Positions 9,020-18,878 of a DNA stretch of 64,000 nucleotides are shown here, piece after piece. Under the pieces are notes generated by a model. That model saw only the letters and a program-made list of their open reading frames with translations. It was not told where the DNA came from and did not search any database. Made by a program: the position numbers and the translations under genes. The first letter of the stretch is position 1, and each line of letters starts with the position of its first letter. The stretch spans positions 20,962 to 84,961 of the forward strand of contig JAZQNW010000006.1 in the NCBI GenBank assembly GCA_045627525.1. Direction: 5' to 3'. This DNA is from Bacilli bacterium. GTDB taxonomy: Bacteria; Bacillota_I; Bacilli_A; RF39; UBA660.

Positions 9020-11410
9020 GTGGTTAATTTGAAGAAAAATAATCGCGGATTTACAATTGTTGAAGTATTAGCAGTTATTGTAATACTTGGTATTTTAATG
9101 GTTGTTGCTGTTCCCGCAGTTTATAAATATTTAAGTAAATCAAGAAACTTTTCTTATGATAATATGTATAAAAGTGTATTTAGTGCTGCACAAAATTATC
9201 ATCTAGAAAATAATGATGTATTTGTTGCTGACGAAGACCATGCATTTTATGATGAGGATTTTGTAAAAAACACATTAGTAGAAGAGCAATATTTGGAGCC
9301 ATTATTAGATCCTGCATCTGAAGGTAATCAATGTTCTGCTGAGGTTTTTATTCTTCTACCTTCATCTGAATCTCAAGAGCAAGATTCAGAAACATTGGAA
9401 GATTTTTATTATAAAGTTCATTTAAAATGTTCTGCTCATGAAGGAACAAAAACATTTAATAGTGTTGGAGATATAGTTGATGAAGATGCAATAAATGAAG
9501 GTATTAAAGATGCTATTAAGAATACTACATTTAAGATGAAATATGATAATAAAAATGGAGCTTCATATACTCCTGGTACTTGGACTAATAAGAATATATG
9601 GATTGGTGAATTTCAGGCTGGTGAAAAATATAAAAATGTTAAATATCAATATGTTTCTACTGTAAATGGTAACTGTACTGAAGGAACTCCTAAAGATATA
9701 GACATGGTTAATGTTCAATCTGCTACATTTCAAGAAAAACAAAAAATATGTGTTCGTCAAGTTACAAGTAAAGGAGTTGAAGGGGATTGGAGTAGTCCTA
9801 TTGATTTAAATATTGATAAGACAGCTCCAACAATCAAAGTTACTTTAGCAGACGCAAGTCAGAATTATAAACAACTGGCAGATACTGTGGAATTTAATGG
9901 TACTAACAATTTAAAGGAATTTGGTGATGATAAGTTATTTGTTGCTGGTGACTTGAGATTAAAAATAGAAGTAACTGATGATGAATCTGGTTTGCCTGAA
10001 AAATTTCATATTAATTATAATAATTATGGTGATACTAGTTATAATGAAATTTATACAGAAAATTCAAGTACTGGTGATAAAACTTATAGTAGTGGCACTG
10101 ATAATAATAAAAAATATGATTCAGGTAAAATTTTAGATGGTTATAGGGTAGTAGAAATTATTGCTACTGATAATGCTGGTAATGAAAGAAAGATTAAATT
10201 AAAATTTGTAGCTGGTTCTAAACCTCCTACAATTAATGCTACAGTAACTAATGGTATAACTACTTGTACAGCAACTAGTGAATCAAAAGATAAAGTTGTT
10301 GAGTGCCCAGGCTGGTTTAATACAAAAGTTCCAAAAGTTACTATAAATGCTACTGGTGTTGTTAATATAGAAAATAATTTTCACATTGATTATAATACTC
10401 CAAGACAATCAAGTTATGTTGAAAATTATTCTTCAAATAGTAGTACAGGAGATAAGAAATTTACGTCTGGTAGTAGCACATCTAAAACATATAATACAGG
10501 TGAAATTTCTGATGGTTATAGAATTGTAAAAATTACGGTAACGAATGAAAATAATAATTCATCTGTATTGACGTTAAAACTAAAAGTTGATACAAAACCT
10601 CCTACAGTTTCAGTTAACTATTCTAATAATAATAATGGTGAAAAAATAATTAATTGTAGTACATCTTCTCCTAATTCTTGTAATTATAGTACATTGATAG
10701 ATTATAAAATGAAGGGTACATATACTTATAGTGATAAGGATGGTAGCTGGGATGGTAGTGGACTAAAAGCTACTTATACTGCTCAATATAATGCTTCCGG
10801 TAATAGTGATTATGTTGATACACTAACATCATCCGGTACTATGGAATATAAAGAAACACGTGTTACTACTTTATCACCAGGGTATCGCAGAATATATTAT
10901 ACTTTTACTGATGTTGCTGGAAATGAAAGCCATATTGATGCTAAATTAAATATTGGTAAAGATATATGTATAGCAGAATCTTCTGGTACAAATTATGGGC
11001 AATATTATGCTCAATGTCAAAGTTATATAATACCAAGAGATAAGTGGAATAGTTGTCAATTTTATGGTAATAAATCATTTACTGCATCTTGGAATAATTG
11101 TCCTAATGATGATGAGGAATTCCATATTCTTCCTACTAAAATAGGTACTAAACTTGTTAGTTATTATCATACTAAATATTATAAATTGTATTGTGTTAAT
11201 TCAGATGGTTTAATTGTTGAACATACTATGCCATATGTTTGTTTAGATGGTATTTCATCTTGTCCAGGACAAACTCATATGTGCCCTAATTTACAAAATA
11301 GTGATTATTTAGTTATTGATGATTCAAGTCTTGATTTTCCTAATGATGGTGATACTGCTGTTTCTAATGCAATAAAAGATATATTTAATTGGGTTACTAG
11401 TTTATTCTAA
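9020..11410 (+). CDS. Large modular type IV pilin-like protein with a prepilin signal; ~795 aa, module set different from 2907..6584
   Basis: N-terminus (M)VNLKKNNRG|FTIVEVLAVIVILGILMVVAVPAV is a prepilin-type N-terminal cleavage/methylation domain. It carries repeated Ig-like modules (...DGYRVVEIIATDNAGNE... / ...DGYRIVKITVTNEN...) and a Cys-rich C-terminal module. The start is either GTG 9020 or TTG 9029 after a GGGAGTGG RBS. Confidence 0.65.
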   Translation: MVNLKKNNRGFTIVEVLAVIVILGILMVVAVPAVYKYLSKSRNFSYDNMYKSVFSAAQNYHLENNDVFVADEDHAFYDEDFVKNTLVEEQYLEPLLDPASEGNQCSAEVFILLPSSESQEQDSETLEDFYYKVHLKCSAHEGTKTFNSVGDIVDEDAINEGIKDAIKNTTFKMKYDNKNGASYTPGTWTNKNIWIGEFQAGEKYKNVKYQYVSTVNGNCTEGTPKDIDMVNVQSATFQEKQKICVRQVTSKGVEGDWSSPIDLNIDKTAPTIKVTLADASQNYKQLADTVEFNGTNNLKEFGDDKLFVAGDLRLKIEVTDDESGLPEKFHINYNNYGDTSYNEIYTENSSTGDKTYSSGTDNNKKYDSGKILDGYRVVEIIATDNAGNERKIKLKFVAGSKPPTINATVTNGITTCTATSESKDKVVECPGWFNTKVPKVTINATGVVNIENNFHIDYNTPRQSSYVENYSSNSSTGDKKFTSGSSTSKTYNTGEISDGYRIVKITVTNENNNSSVLTLKLKVDTKPPTVSVNYSNNNNGEKIINCSTSSPNSCNYSTLIDYKMKGTYTYSDKDGSWDGSGLKATYTAQYNASGNSDYVDTLTSSGTMEYKETRVTTLSPGYRRIYYTFTDVAGNESHIDAKLNIGKDICIAESSGTNYGQYYAQCQSYIIPRDKWNSCQFYGNKSFTASWNNCPNDDEEFHILPTKIGTKLVSYYHTKYYKLYCVNSDGLIVEHTMPYVCLDGISSCPGQTHMCPNLQNSDYLVIDDSSLDFPNDGDTAVSNAIKDIFNWVTSLF

Positions 11411-11427
11411 AAGGAGTGATTTTATAC

Positions 11428-11898
11428 ATGTCTAAAAAAGTAAAAAAATTTGGAATTATAATCTTAGTTTTGGGGCTTATTGTTACTACTACAGGTATTG
11501 TGTTAAATTTTACTCTTACTAATAGGAATAAAAAAGGAATTGTTCCAACAGAAAAGAAAGCTAATGATATACCTACAACGGATCATCCTGGAAGTGTAGA
11601 TGATATTACTACAAAGGATTTATCAGATGAACATTGTTCTGGAGATATATGTGTTTTAAATATTAAATTACAATATTATGATGGAAAAGGTATGGCATAT
11701 ATTAAGGTTAAGAATAATGGTACTTTAATACCTAGCGGTGTATTGATTGTTAAAGATGTTAATGATGATAATAATAGCTTATATTTCTATCATGATGAGT
11801 TGGCTAATTCTATGGAATTTGAAACTAATGTTGAATTTAGTGATGAAAAACAATTAAATATGGTTGATTATACAATTGAATTAAAAACAGAAGAATAG
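11428..11898 (+). CDS. Small single-pass membrane protein, partner of the upstream pilin-like protein; function unknown
   Basis: ATG 11428 follows an AAGGAG RBS; the ORF-track GTG start is 11416. One TM helix (FGIIILVLGLIVTTTGIVL) then a ~110-aa extracytoplasmic domain. Same architecture and position as 2297..2803 and 6586..7125. Confidence 0.5.
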   Translation: MSKKVKKFGIIILVLGLIVTTTGIVLNFTLTNRNKKGIVPTEKKANDIPTTDHPGSVDDITTKDLSDEHCSGDICVLNIKLQYYDGKGMAYIKVKNNGTLIPSGVLIVKDVNDDNNSLYFYHDELANSMEFETNVEFSDEKQLNMVDYTIELKTEE

Positions 11899-11970
11899 TA
11901 ATATTTTAAAGTGAATAGGTTTTACCTATTCATTTTTTTGTTGTATAATTGTTATAGTTTGGTGATTATT

Positions 11971-13710
11971 ATGAGTAAAATAAAAATTATGGATGAAGTT
12001 TTGGCTAATAAGATAGCAGCTGGAGAAGTAGTTGAAAAGACTATGAATGTTGTTAAGGAGTTAGTAGAAAATTCAATTGATGCTAAAAGTAATGAAATTA
12101 CTATAAAACTGATTGATTCAGGTGTTAAGGAAATTGAAGTCTCTGATAATGGTATTGGAATGGACGAAGAGGATGCTAAAATGGCTTTTTCTAGGCATGC
12201 TACATCTAAACTTAAAAATCTTGATGATTTGTTTTATATTGAATCATTAGGATTTAGAGGAGAAGCTTTACCATCTATAGCATCTGTTTCTAAAGTTAGG
12301 CTTAAAACCTCTGATGGAAAAGTTGGAACATTAGTTACTTTATGTGGTGGAGAAAATATAAACATTGAAAGATGCGATTTGCAACAGGGTACTACTATTA
12401 CAGTGACTGATTTGTTTTATAATACTCCAGTAAGATTAAAATATTTAAAAAATTTATATGTTGAACTAGCTAATATTGTTGATTATGTTAATAAAATGGC
12501 TTTGTCTTATCCAAATATCAAATTTACTTTGATAAATAATGATAAGGTTTTACTTAGTACTGATGGAAATGGTGATTTATTAAAAGTTATTTATGGAATA
12601 TATGGTGCAGATATTACTAAGAAGATGATTGAAATAAATGGTGAAAATGATGATTATTATATAAGCGGTTTTGTATCTTATCCGGAAATAACAAAAAGTA
12701 ATCGAAATGGTATTACTACTTTGGTAAATGGTAGAGTTATTAAGAATAATGATTTAAATAAATCAATTATTGAGTGTTATCATACTTATATTCCAAAAGA
12801 TAAATATCCAATAGTTGTTTTAAATATTGATGTTGATCCAATATTAATTGATATTAATATACATCCTACTAAAATGGATATTAAATTTTCTAAAATGGAT
12901 TCATTAAAAGAATTAGTTATTAATTTAATTACTAAAAAATTAAAGGAATTAACTTTAATTCCTAATGCTTCTGTTAGAAATTATTCATCTGTTACTGAAG
13001 TTAAAAATCAGATTAGGGAGATAGAAGAAGATAAAAAAGAAGATATAACTTATGAAGAAATAAAATTAGATTTTTCTGTTAGTGAAGAGAAAGAAAGCTA
13101 TAATGAAGAAAAAAAGATTGAAGAATATCGTATTAAGGAAATGATTCCTAAGGGTATAGTTTATTCTACTTATATAATTGCTGAAAATGAAGAAGGTATG
13201 TATGTGATAGATCAACATGCTGCGGCAGAGAGAATTAACTATGAAAAAGTATTAAATTCATTAAAAGAAAATGTCATTGTAGTTGATTTATTAATACCTG
13301 TTAAAATAGAATTGTCTAGTGCGGAATATTTAATTATTAAAGAAAATTTTGGTATTTTACAAGAATATGGTTTTATACCTGAGGAGTTTGGAATAAATAC
13401 AGTTATTATTAGAAGTCATCCAAATTGGATTAAAGAAGATATAGCAGAAGAGTGCATTCGCAAGGTTATTGATATAATTATTAGTCAAGAAAAATTTGAT
13501 TTTGATCAGTTTGTTTGGCATATGGCTGCTACAATGGCGTGTAAGATGTCTATTAAAGCTAATGATTATATTTCTTACGATGATCAGGTATGGCTACTTA
13601 ATGAACTTCGTAAATGTGATAATCCTTTTACTTGCCCTCATGGTAGACCTACTATTATTACTTATACAAAATATGATTTAGAAAAGCTATTTAAGCGTAG
13701 CATTGACTAA
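11971..13710 (+). CDS. mutL: DNA mismatch repair protein MutL
   Basis: GHKL ATPase motifs (IAAGEVVE, VKELVENSIDA, DNGIGM) and a C-terminal dimerisation/endonuclease region. The likely start is ATG 11971 after a GGTGA RBS; the ORF opens at 11911. Confidence 0.9.
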   Translation: MSKIKIMDEVLANKIAAGEVVEKTMNVVKELVENSIDAKSNEITIKLIDSGVKEIEVSDNGIGMDEEDAKMAFSRHATSKLKNLDDLFYIESLGFRGEALPSIASVSKVRLKTSDGKVGTLVTLCGGENINIERCDLQQGTTITVTDLFYNTPVRLKYLKNLYVELANIVDYVNKMALSYPNIKFTLINNDKVLLSTDGNGDLLKVIYGIYGADITKKMIEINGENDDYYISGFVSYPEITKSNRNGITTLVNGRVIKNNDLNKSIIECYHTYIPKDKYPIVVLNIDVDPILIDINIHPTKMDIKFSKMDSLKELVINLITKKLKELTLIPNASVRNYSSVTEVKNQIREIEEDKKEDITYEEIKLDFSVSEEKESYNEEKKIEEYRIKEMIPKGIVYSTYIIAENEEGMYVIDQHAAAERINYEKVLNSLKENVIVVDLLIPVKIELSSAEYLIIKENFGILQEYGFIPEEFGINTVIIRSHPNWIKEDIAEECIRKVIDIIISQEKFDFDQFVWHMAATMACKMSIKANDYISYDDQVWLLNELRKCDNPFTCPHGRPTIITYTKYDLEKLFKRSID

Positions 13711-13755
13711 ATCTTTTTTTTATGTTAGAATTTAGACAATTTTGGGGATGATAAA

Positions 13756-14628
13756 ATGCAAGATATTATCGTAATTGTTGGTCCAACATCTGTTGGTAAG
13801 ACTAAACTTAGTATAGAGTTAGCAAAAAAAATAGATGCCGAAATTATTAACGGAGATAGTGTTTCTATTTATAAAAAGTTAGATATAGGTAGTGCTAAAC
13901 CTACTATTGAGGAAAGAGATGGAATAGTTCATCATTTAATTGATATTCGGAATGTTTTAGATGATTATTCTGTTTTTGATTATCAGAGAGATTGTCGAGA
14001 TAAGATTAATGAAATTACTAATAGGGGAAAGAGAGTAATAATTGTAGGTGGCACTGGTTTATATATAAAAAGTGCTTTATATGATTATAAATTTGTAGAA
14101 GGTACTACTTATAATGAATATTTAGAATTAAGTAATGAAGAAATATATAATAAAATAAAAGAATATGGTGATATTGATATTCATATTAACAATAGACGTA
14201 GATTGGTTAGAGTTTTAAATAAATTGGAAAATGGTGAGGAATTATCTAATGATAAAGATAAATTATTATATCCAATTAAAGTAATAGGTTTAACAACAGA
14301 CAGAGAAAAACTATATGATAGAATAAATAAACGTGTTGATTTAATGATTAATAATGGTTTATTAGATGAAGTTAATAGTTTAAAAGAATATTATGAAAAA
14401 TCTCGTATTTTAAATAGCGGTATTGGTTATAAAGAATTTAATGATTATTTTTCTAATAATAAGTCACTTGATGAAGTAATTGATATGATAAAACTAGATT
14501 CTAGAAGATTTGCTAAAAGACAATATACTTTTTTTAATAATCAATTTGATGTTAAATGGTATGATGTTGATTTTGATGATTTTGATAAAACAATTAATAG
14601 TATATATGATGATTTGATTAAATATTAG
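13756..14628 (+). CDS. miaA: tRNA dimethylallyltransferase
   Basis: P-loop GPTSVGKT and the typical MiaA layout (IINGDSVSIYKKLDIGSAKPT). A mutL-miaA linkage is common in Firmicutes. Confidence 0.9.
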   Translation: MQDIIVIVGPTSVGKTKLSIELAKKIDAEIINGDSVSIYKKLDIGSAKPTIEERDGIVHHLIDIRNVLDDYSVFDYQRDCRDKINEITNRGKRVIIVGGTGLYIKSALYDYKFVEGTTYNEYLELSNEEIYNKIKEYGDIDIHINNRRRLVRVLNKLENGEELSNDKDKLLYPIKVIGLTTDREKLYDRINKRVDLMINNGLLDEVNSLKEYYEKSRILNSGIGYKEFNDYFSNNKSLDEVIDMIKLDSRRFAKRQYTFFNNQFDVKWYDVDFDDFDKTINSIYDDLIKY

Positions 14629-14636
14629 GGGGAAAT

Positions 14637-15584
14637 ATGTTTAATAGTGTTCGATTGAATAAGGAATTTCATGATCAAATTATTGGTAGTATTCCTGATA
14701 ATTTTGATTCGTTGGAAAAAGCATATTATGTTTATTGTTATCTTTGTTATCATTTAACATATGATCCAGAAGTTTATTATAAAGATGTAAATAATTGTTC
14801 TACTGTTCATAACAAAATTGAAAGAATAGAGGAGATAAACAAAGATAATAATAAAATAGTTTGTTATGAATTTAGTGCTATATATGGAAAAATTTTAGAA
14901 GAGTTAGGTATTAGATATGAAATATGTGGTGGTGATGAATATGGTAATAGTCACTTATCATTAAATATTTTTACTAATGATTTTGTTATTGATGCTGATC
15001 CATTAAATAGTCAAATTTATTCTGACTTAGCTAAGATGAAAAACGGTTTAGAATTATCTGGTTTTATTTTTAAATTACCTTCAGATATTAATGAATTAAT
15101 TGCTAAAAGGAAAAAATTTAATGATAGTATAAAAAAAGTAAATGATTATTTTTCTATTCAATTTAATTATTATCATGGTACTATTTCTGAATTAGGTGAT
15201 TATACTAAACTAGATTTTGATGAGAGACTATCTACTTTTTTAAAATTGATTATGAATAGTAATTTATGTGATGTTTCTAAGATTAGTTATGTATTAGAAG
15301 CACAGTCTAAAATATTTTACGATGAGTATAATTCATCAGTTTGTGTAGCAGGAGATGAACTTGATAAGTCATTAGTATTTATTGTTGCTTATAATGATCG
15401 AGGTGTTTATGGTAGATTTGATAATGATTATTATTTAGTAAAAAATGATCATTTTGATTTATACAGTAAGGAAGAAATTATTAGAGAATTTGATAGTGGT
15501 AGATTAGTTGTTAGTAATAGTAGAAATATATTTGCTTTACCAGGAGTTGATTTAGTAGGATTTCAATATAAAAAGAAGGATTAA
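14637..15584 (+). CDS. Transglutaminase-like superfamily protein, probably cytoplasmic
   Basis: Candidate Cys/His/Asp core (VCYEFSAIY ... NSHLSLNIF ... VIDAD); no signal peptide. Confidence 0.45.
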   Translation: MFNSVRLNKEFHDQIIGSIPDNFDSLEKAYYVYCYLCYHLTYDPEVYYKDVNNCSTVHNKIERIEEINKDNNKIVCYEFSAIYGKILEELGIRYEICGGDEYGNSHLSLNIFTNDFVIDADPLNSQIYSDLAKMKNGLELSGFIFKLPSDINELIAKRKKFNDSIKKVNDYFSIQFNYYHGTISELGDYTKLDFDERLSTFLKLIMNSNLCDVSKISYVLEAQSKIFYDEYNSSVCVAGDELDKSLVFIVAYNDRGVYGRFDNDYYLVKNDHFDLYSKEEIIREFDSGRLVVSNSRNIFALPGVDLVGFQYKKKD

Positions 15585-16498
15585 TATCCTTCTTTTAATT
15601 CACTATAAATTTCTTGATTAAAATTATGTTCATCTGATTCTATATTTAGTAATTTGTTTGTTGAAATTAAATAAAATGAATAGTCAAGTACATCTGTATT
15701 ATCATTAGTTACTGGATCATCCCAAGTTAAATCTAGATGGTACCAATTATTGTTTAAATAAACTGAATTCCAGATGTGTTTATTACCTGATATTTTATAG
15801 CTCATTACCCCTAAACGTTCAAACATTAATTCCATGGCATCTGTATAGCCTCCACAAATTCCATAACCTTGAATTAGTGGTCCATAAGCTATATCTGATT
15901 TATACATAATTACATTTTTTTCATTACGCATAGTATCATATTTTGAATTGTTTATAATATAATCATGCACTTTTTTAATATTATTATTTAAATTATCATT
16001 TTTGTCTATTATATTATTTTCTATATAATCTAATTTTTCTTCAATTTTTTCTATATCATCATTAGTATAGCTTTTATAAATATTAATGGTAATTTTTCCA
16101 GTAGAGTCATATGATGTTTCAATATGTGAAAAGCCATTATATGGATGAACAAAGTTATTTATATTTGATAAAGTGTCTTGATCATTAGCTAACTGTTTTA
16201 TATCATCTATGCAACTTATATAATCTTTTGGACAATAGAAGGTAAATTCTTCTTTTCCAGCATTAATAGCTGTGTAATATATATTTAAGATATCTTGATA
16301 ACATGAAGGAGAAAAATTATCGGTATTTTGAACAAAGTTAAAATCATAGTTTCTATAGTATTGATTTTTTTCACCTAAAGTTATTATTTTATCTTCACTA
16401 GGAATTATATTTTTTATATATTCAATAAGTGTATCATTTGATAAAACATAACCAATGGTTATTAATAATATACCTAGTGTTGTAATTAGCTTTTTCAT
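15581..16498 (-). CDS. Secreted transglutaminase-like cysteine-protease-fold protein
   Basis: Signal peptide MKKLITTLGILLITIGYVLS, then the core motifs CGGYTDAMELMFERLG ... HIWNSVYL ... HLDLTWDD. It is convergent with 14637..15584, with a 4-nt overlap of stops. Confidence 0.55.
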   Translation of the reverse strand: MKKLITTLGILLITIGYVLSNDTLIEYIKNIIPSEDKIITLGEKNQYYRNYDFNFVQNTDNFSPSCYQDILNIYYTAINAGKEEFTFYCPKDYISCIDDIKQLANDQDTLSNINNFVHPYNGFSHIETSYDSTGKITINIYKSYTNDDIEKIEEKLDYIENNIIDKNDNLNNNIKKVHDYIINNSKYDTMRNEKNVIMYKSDIAYGPLIQGYGICGGYTDAMELMFERLGVMSYKISGNKHIWNSVYLNNNWYHLDLTWDDPVTNDNTDVLDYSFYLISTNKLLNIESDEHNFNQEIYSELKEGY

Positions 16499-16584
16499 AT
16501 TACCTCCTATATTATTAATACAATTTTATAATATTTTTTTTATTATGTAAATATTGCAAAGAAAAAAGTCAATTACTTGACTTC

Positions 16585-16848
16585 TTATTCCATATTATTT
16601 TTCATTTTAGTTAATCTTGATTTTAAACGAGCTGCTTTATTTTTATGAACTTGACCACTAGTCATAGCCTTGTCAATTCTTTGTAAAGCTATATTTAGTT
16701 TATTACTTGCTTCTTCTTTATTACCAGCTTTTACTTCTTTTTCGAATTTTTTAATAGCAGTTCTCATGCTTGAATTTACTAAAATATTAGTTTCAGTCTT
16801 TTTAGCGTTAGAACGCATACGTTTTTTAGCACTTTTAATATTTGGCAT
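16585..16848 (-). CDS. rpsT: 30S ribosomal protein S20
   Basis: MPNIKSAKKRMRSNAKK...; 87 aa, highly basic. Confidence 0.93.
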   Translation of the reverse strand: MPNIKSAKKRMRSNAKKTETNILVNSSMRTAIKKFEKEVKAGNKEEASNKLNIALQRIDKAMTSGQVHKNKAARLKSRLTKMKNNME

Positions 16849-16951
16849 AATTTCACCTCACTTTTTATAAACATATTAATTTTAACAAAAATATCAACAA
16901 AAAGCAAATAAAAATTGCATTTTTTGTAAATATTATAAATAGGTGAAGAAA

Positions 16952-17944
16952 ATGCATACTATAAATTTAGGTAATTATAATTATCGAACTGACTTAATAA
17001 TTGAACAGTTGGATGAGAAGAAAAGTGTTATTTATGAAAAAAATGGAGTTAAAGTTAGTAGAATTAGTGTTTCTAATGATGAAAATTTAAGAAATGGTAA
17101 ATATGTAACTATTTCTTTTAAAGATATTACAGATAAAGATAATTATTCCAGTGTTTTAAATACTTTTATTGATGAGTTCAAGCATTTTCTTGATGATTTT
17201 TCATTTGAAAAAATATTAGTTATCGGATTAGGTAATAATGATGCTACACCTGATGCTTTAGGACCTAAAACAATTGATAATGTTTTAGTAACAAGACATT
17301 TATTTGAGTTGGGTGAAGTTGATAGTAATTATAGAAATGTTTGTTCTTTTAAACCTGGTGTAACAGGTACTACTGGTATTGAAACTAGTGAATCAATTTT
17401 GGCTATAACTAGTAAGTTAAATGTTGACTTAGTAATTGTTATTGATGCTTTAGCAGCTAGAAGTATTGAACGTGTTAATAAAACTATTCAAATAAGTGAT
17501 AGTGGGATTTTTCCTGGAAGTGGTATTGGAAATAATAGAGGTGAAATTAGTAAAAACACTTTAAATATTCCTGTCATATCTATTGGAGTACCAACAATAG
17601 TTGATGCTGTAACGATTGTTTATGATACTTTGCATTATGTTTTGAAAAAAATAAATTATAATATAGAAAATATAAATAATAATAAATTAAAATTAGTAGT
17701 TAATGATTCTAATTTTATTAATAGTTCTGAGTTATCAGAAAAGTATAGTAAAGAAGTATTGGGTATTCTTGGAACTTTGAATGATGACGAGCAAAAACAA
17801 TTATTTTATGAAGTGTTATCACCAGTTAATTATAATTTAATGGTTACTCCTAAAGAAATAGATTTTATAATTGAAAAACTTAGTACTTTAATAGGAATGG
17901 GAATTAATAAAAGTTTGCATAAGAACTTTAATACGACAAATTAA
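16952..17944 (+). CDS. gpr: Germination protease (spore endopeptidase)
   Basis: GPR family motifs (LVIGLGNNDATPDALGP..., VIDALAARS). ATG 16952 follows an AGGTGAAG RBS. The rpsT-gpr-spoIIP order is the classic Firmicute arrangement. Confidence 0.88.
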   Translation: MHTINLGNYNYRTDLIIEQLDEKKSVIYEKNGVKVSRISVSNDENLRNGKYVTISFKDITDKDNYSSVLNTFIDEFKHFLDDFSFEKILVIGLGNNDATPDALGPKTIDNVLVTRHLFELGEVDSNYRNVCSFKPGVTGTTGIETSESILAITSKLNVDLVIVIDALAARSIERVNKTIQISDSGIFPGSGIGNNRGEISKNTLNIPVISIGVPTIVDAVTIVYDTLHYVLKKINYNIENINNNKLKLVVNDSNFINSSELSEKYSKEVLGILGTLNDDEQKQLFYEVLSPVNYNLMVTPKEIDFIIEKLSTLIGMGINKSLHKNFNTTN

Positions 17945-17969
17945 TTGCTATTAATTATTTATATTATTA

Positions 17970-18878
17970 TTGGTGATTATATTGAAAAAGAGATTTATAT
18001 CTAAAAAAAGAAAAAAGATGAAAACTTTAAGAATATATTTCTTTTTCCTTTTGTTTGTAATTGGTTTAATTTATAGTTTTATTATTTTGCGTAAAAGTAA
18101 TATTTCAATAAACGATGGTAATTTAACACAATTTTTAATTGATAATAATTATGATGTAAAATTTAAATCGGTAAAATTATTTAATGATTATAAACCAATA
18201 GATTTATTAAATGGTAATTATTTTAGGGAGCAAGTTGTATATAATGAGGAAATAAATCCTATTATTTATATTTATAATTCACATCAAACTGAAGAATATA
18301 TTAGTAAGGATTATTTTGATTATAGCATACAGCCTACAGTTATGATGGCTGATTATATTTTAGAGGATGTATTTAGTAAAAATAAATATTATACTCTTGT
18401 AGAAGAAAGAAGTATAAAAGATATTTTAAATAGTCATAAATGGAATTATGTTTATAGCTATGATGCTAGTAGAATTCTTTTAGAAGATAGTAAAAAAAAT
18501 AATAATACTTTAAAGTATTTTATAGATGTTCATAGGGATAGTTTAAATCATGATAAGACTTATGTTTCTATAAATGGTCTTGATTATGCTAATACTATTT
18601 TTTTAATAGGCTTGGAAAATCCTAATTATAAGGAAAATTTGGAATTTACTGAAAAAATTAATAATATAATGAATAATAAATATCCAGGTTTATCAAAGGG
18701 GATTTATAAAAAAGGTGGTGTTGGTGTAAATGGGGTTTATAATCAAGATTTTTCACCTTATACGATTTTAATAGAAATAGGTGGGGTTGAAAGTACTGTT
18801 ACAGAAGTTTTAAATTCAACTTTAGCATTTTCTGAGTGTTTTATGGAGGCTATAAAGAATGAAAAAGGGGCTATTTAA
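17970..18878 (+). CDS. spoIIP: Stage II sporulation protein P
   Basis: N-terminal TM helix followed by a SpoIIP-type amidase region (FIDVHRDS ... ILIEIGGVEST). The start is uncertain; TTG 17982 is possible. Confidence 0.75.
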   Translation: MVIILKKRFISKKRKKMKTLRIYFFFLLFVIGLIYSFIILRKSNISINDGNLTQFLIDNNYDVKFKSVKLFNDYKPIDLLNGNYFREQVVYNEEINPIIYIYNSHQTEEYISKDYFDYSIQPTVMMADYILEDVFSKNKYYTLVEERSIKDILNSHKWNYVYSYDASRILLEDSKKNNNTLKYFIDVHRDSLNHDKTYVSINGLDYANTIFLIGLENPNYKENLEFTEKINNIMNNKYPGLSKGIYKKGGVGVNGVYNQDFSPYTILIEIGGVESTVTEVLNSTLAFSECFMEAIKNEKGAI

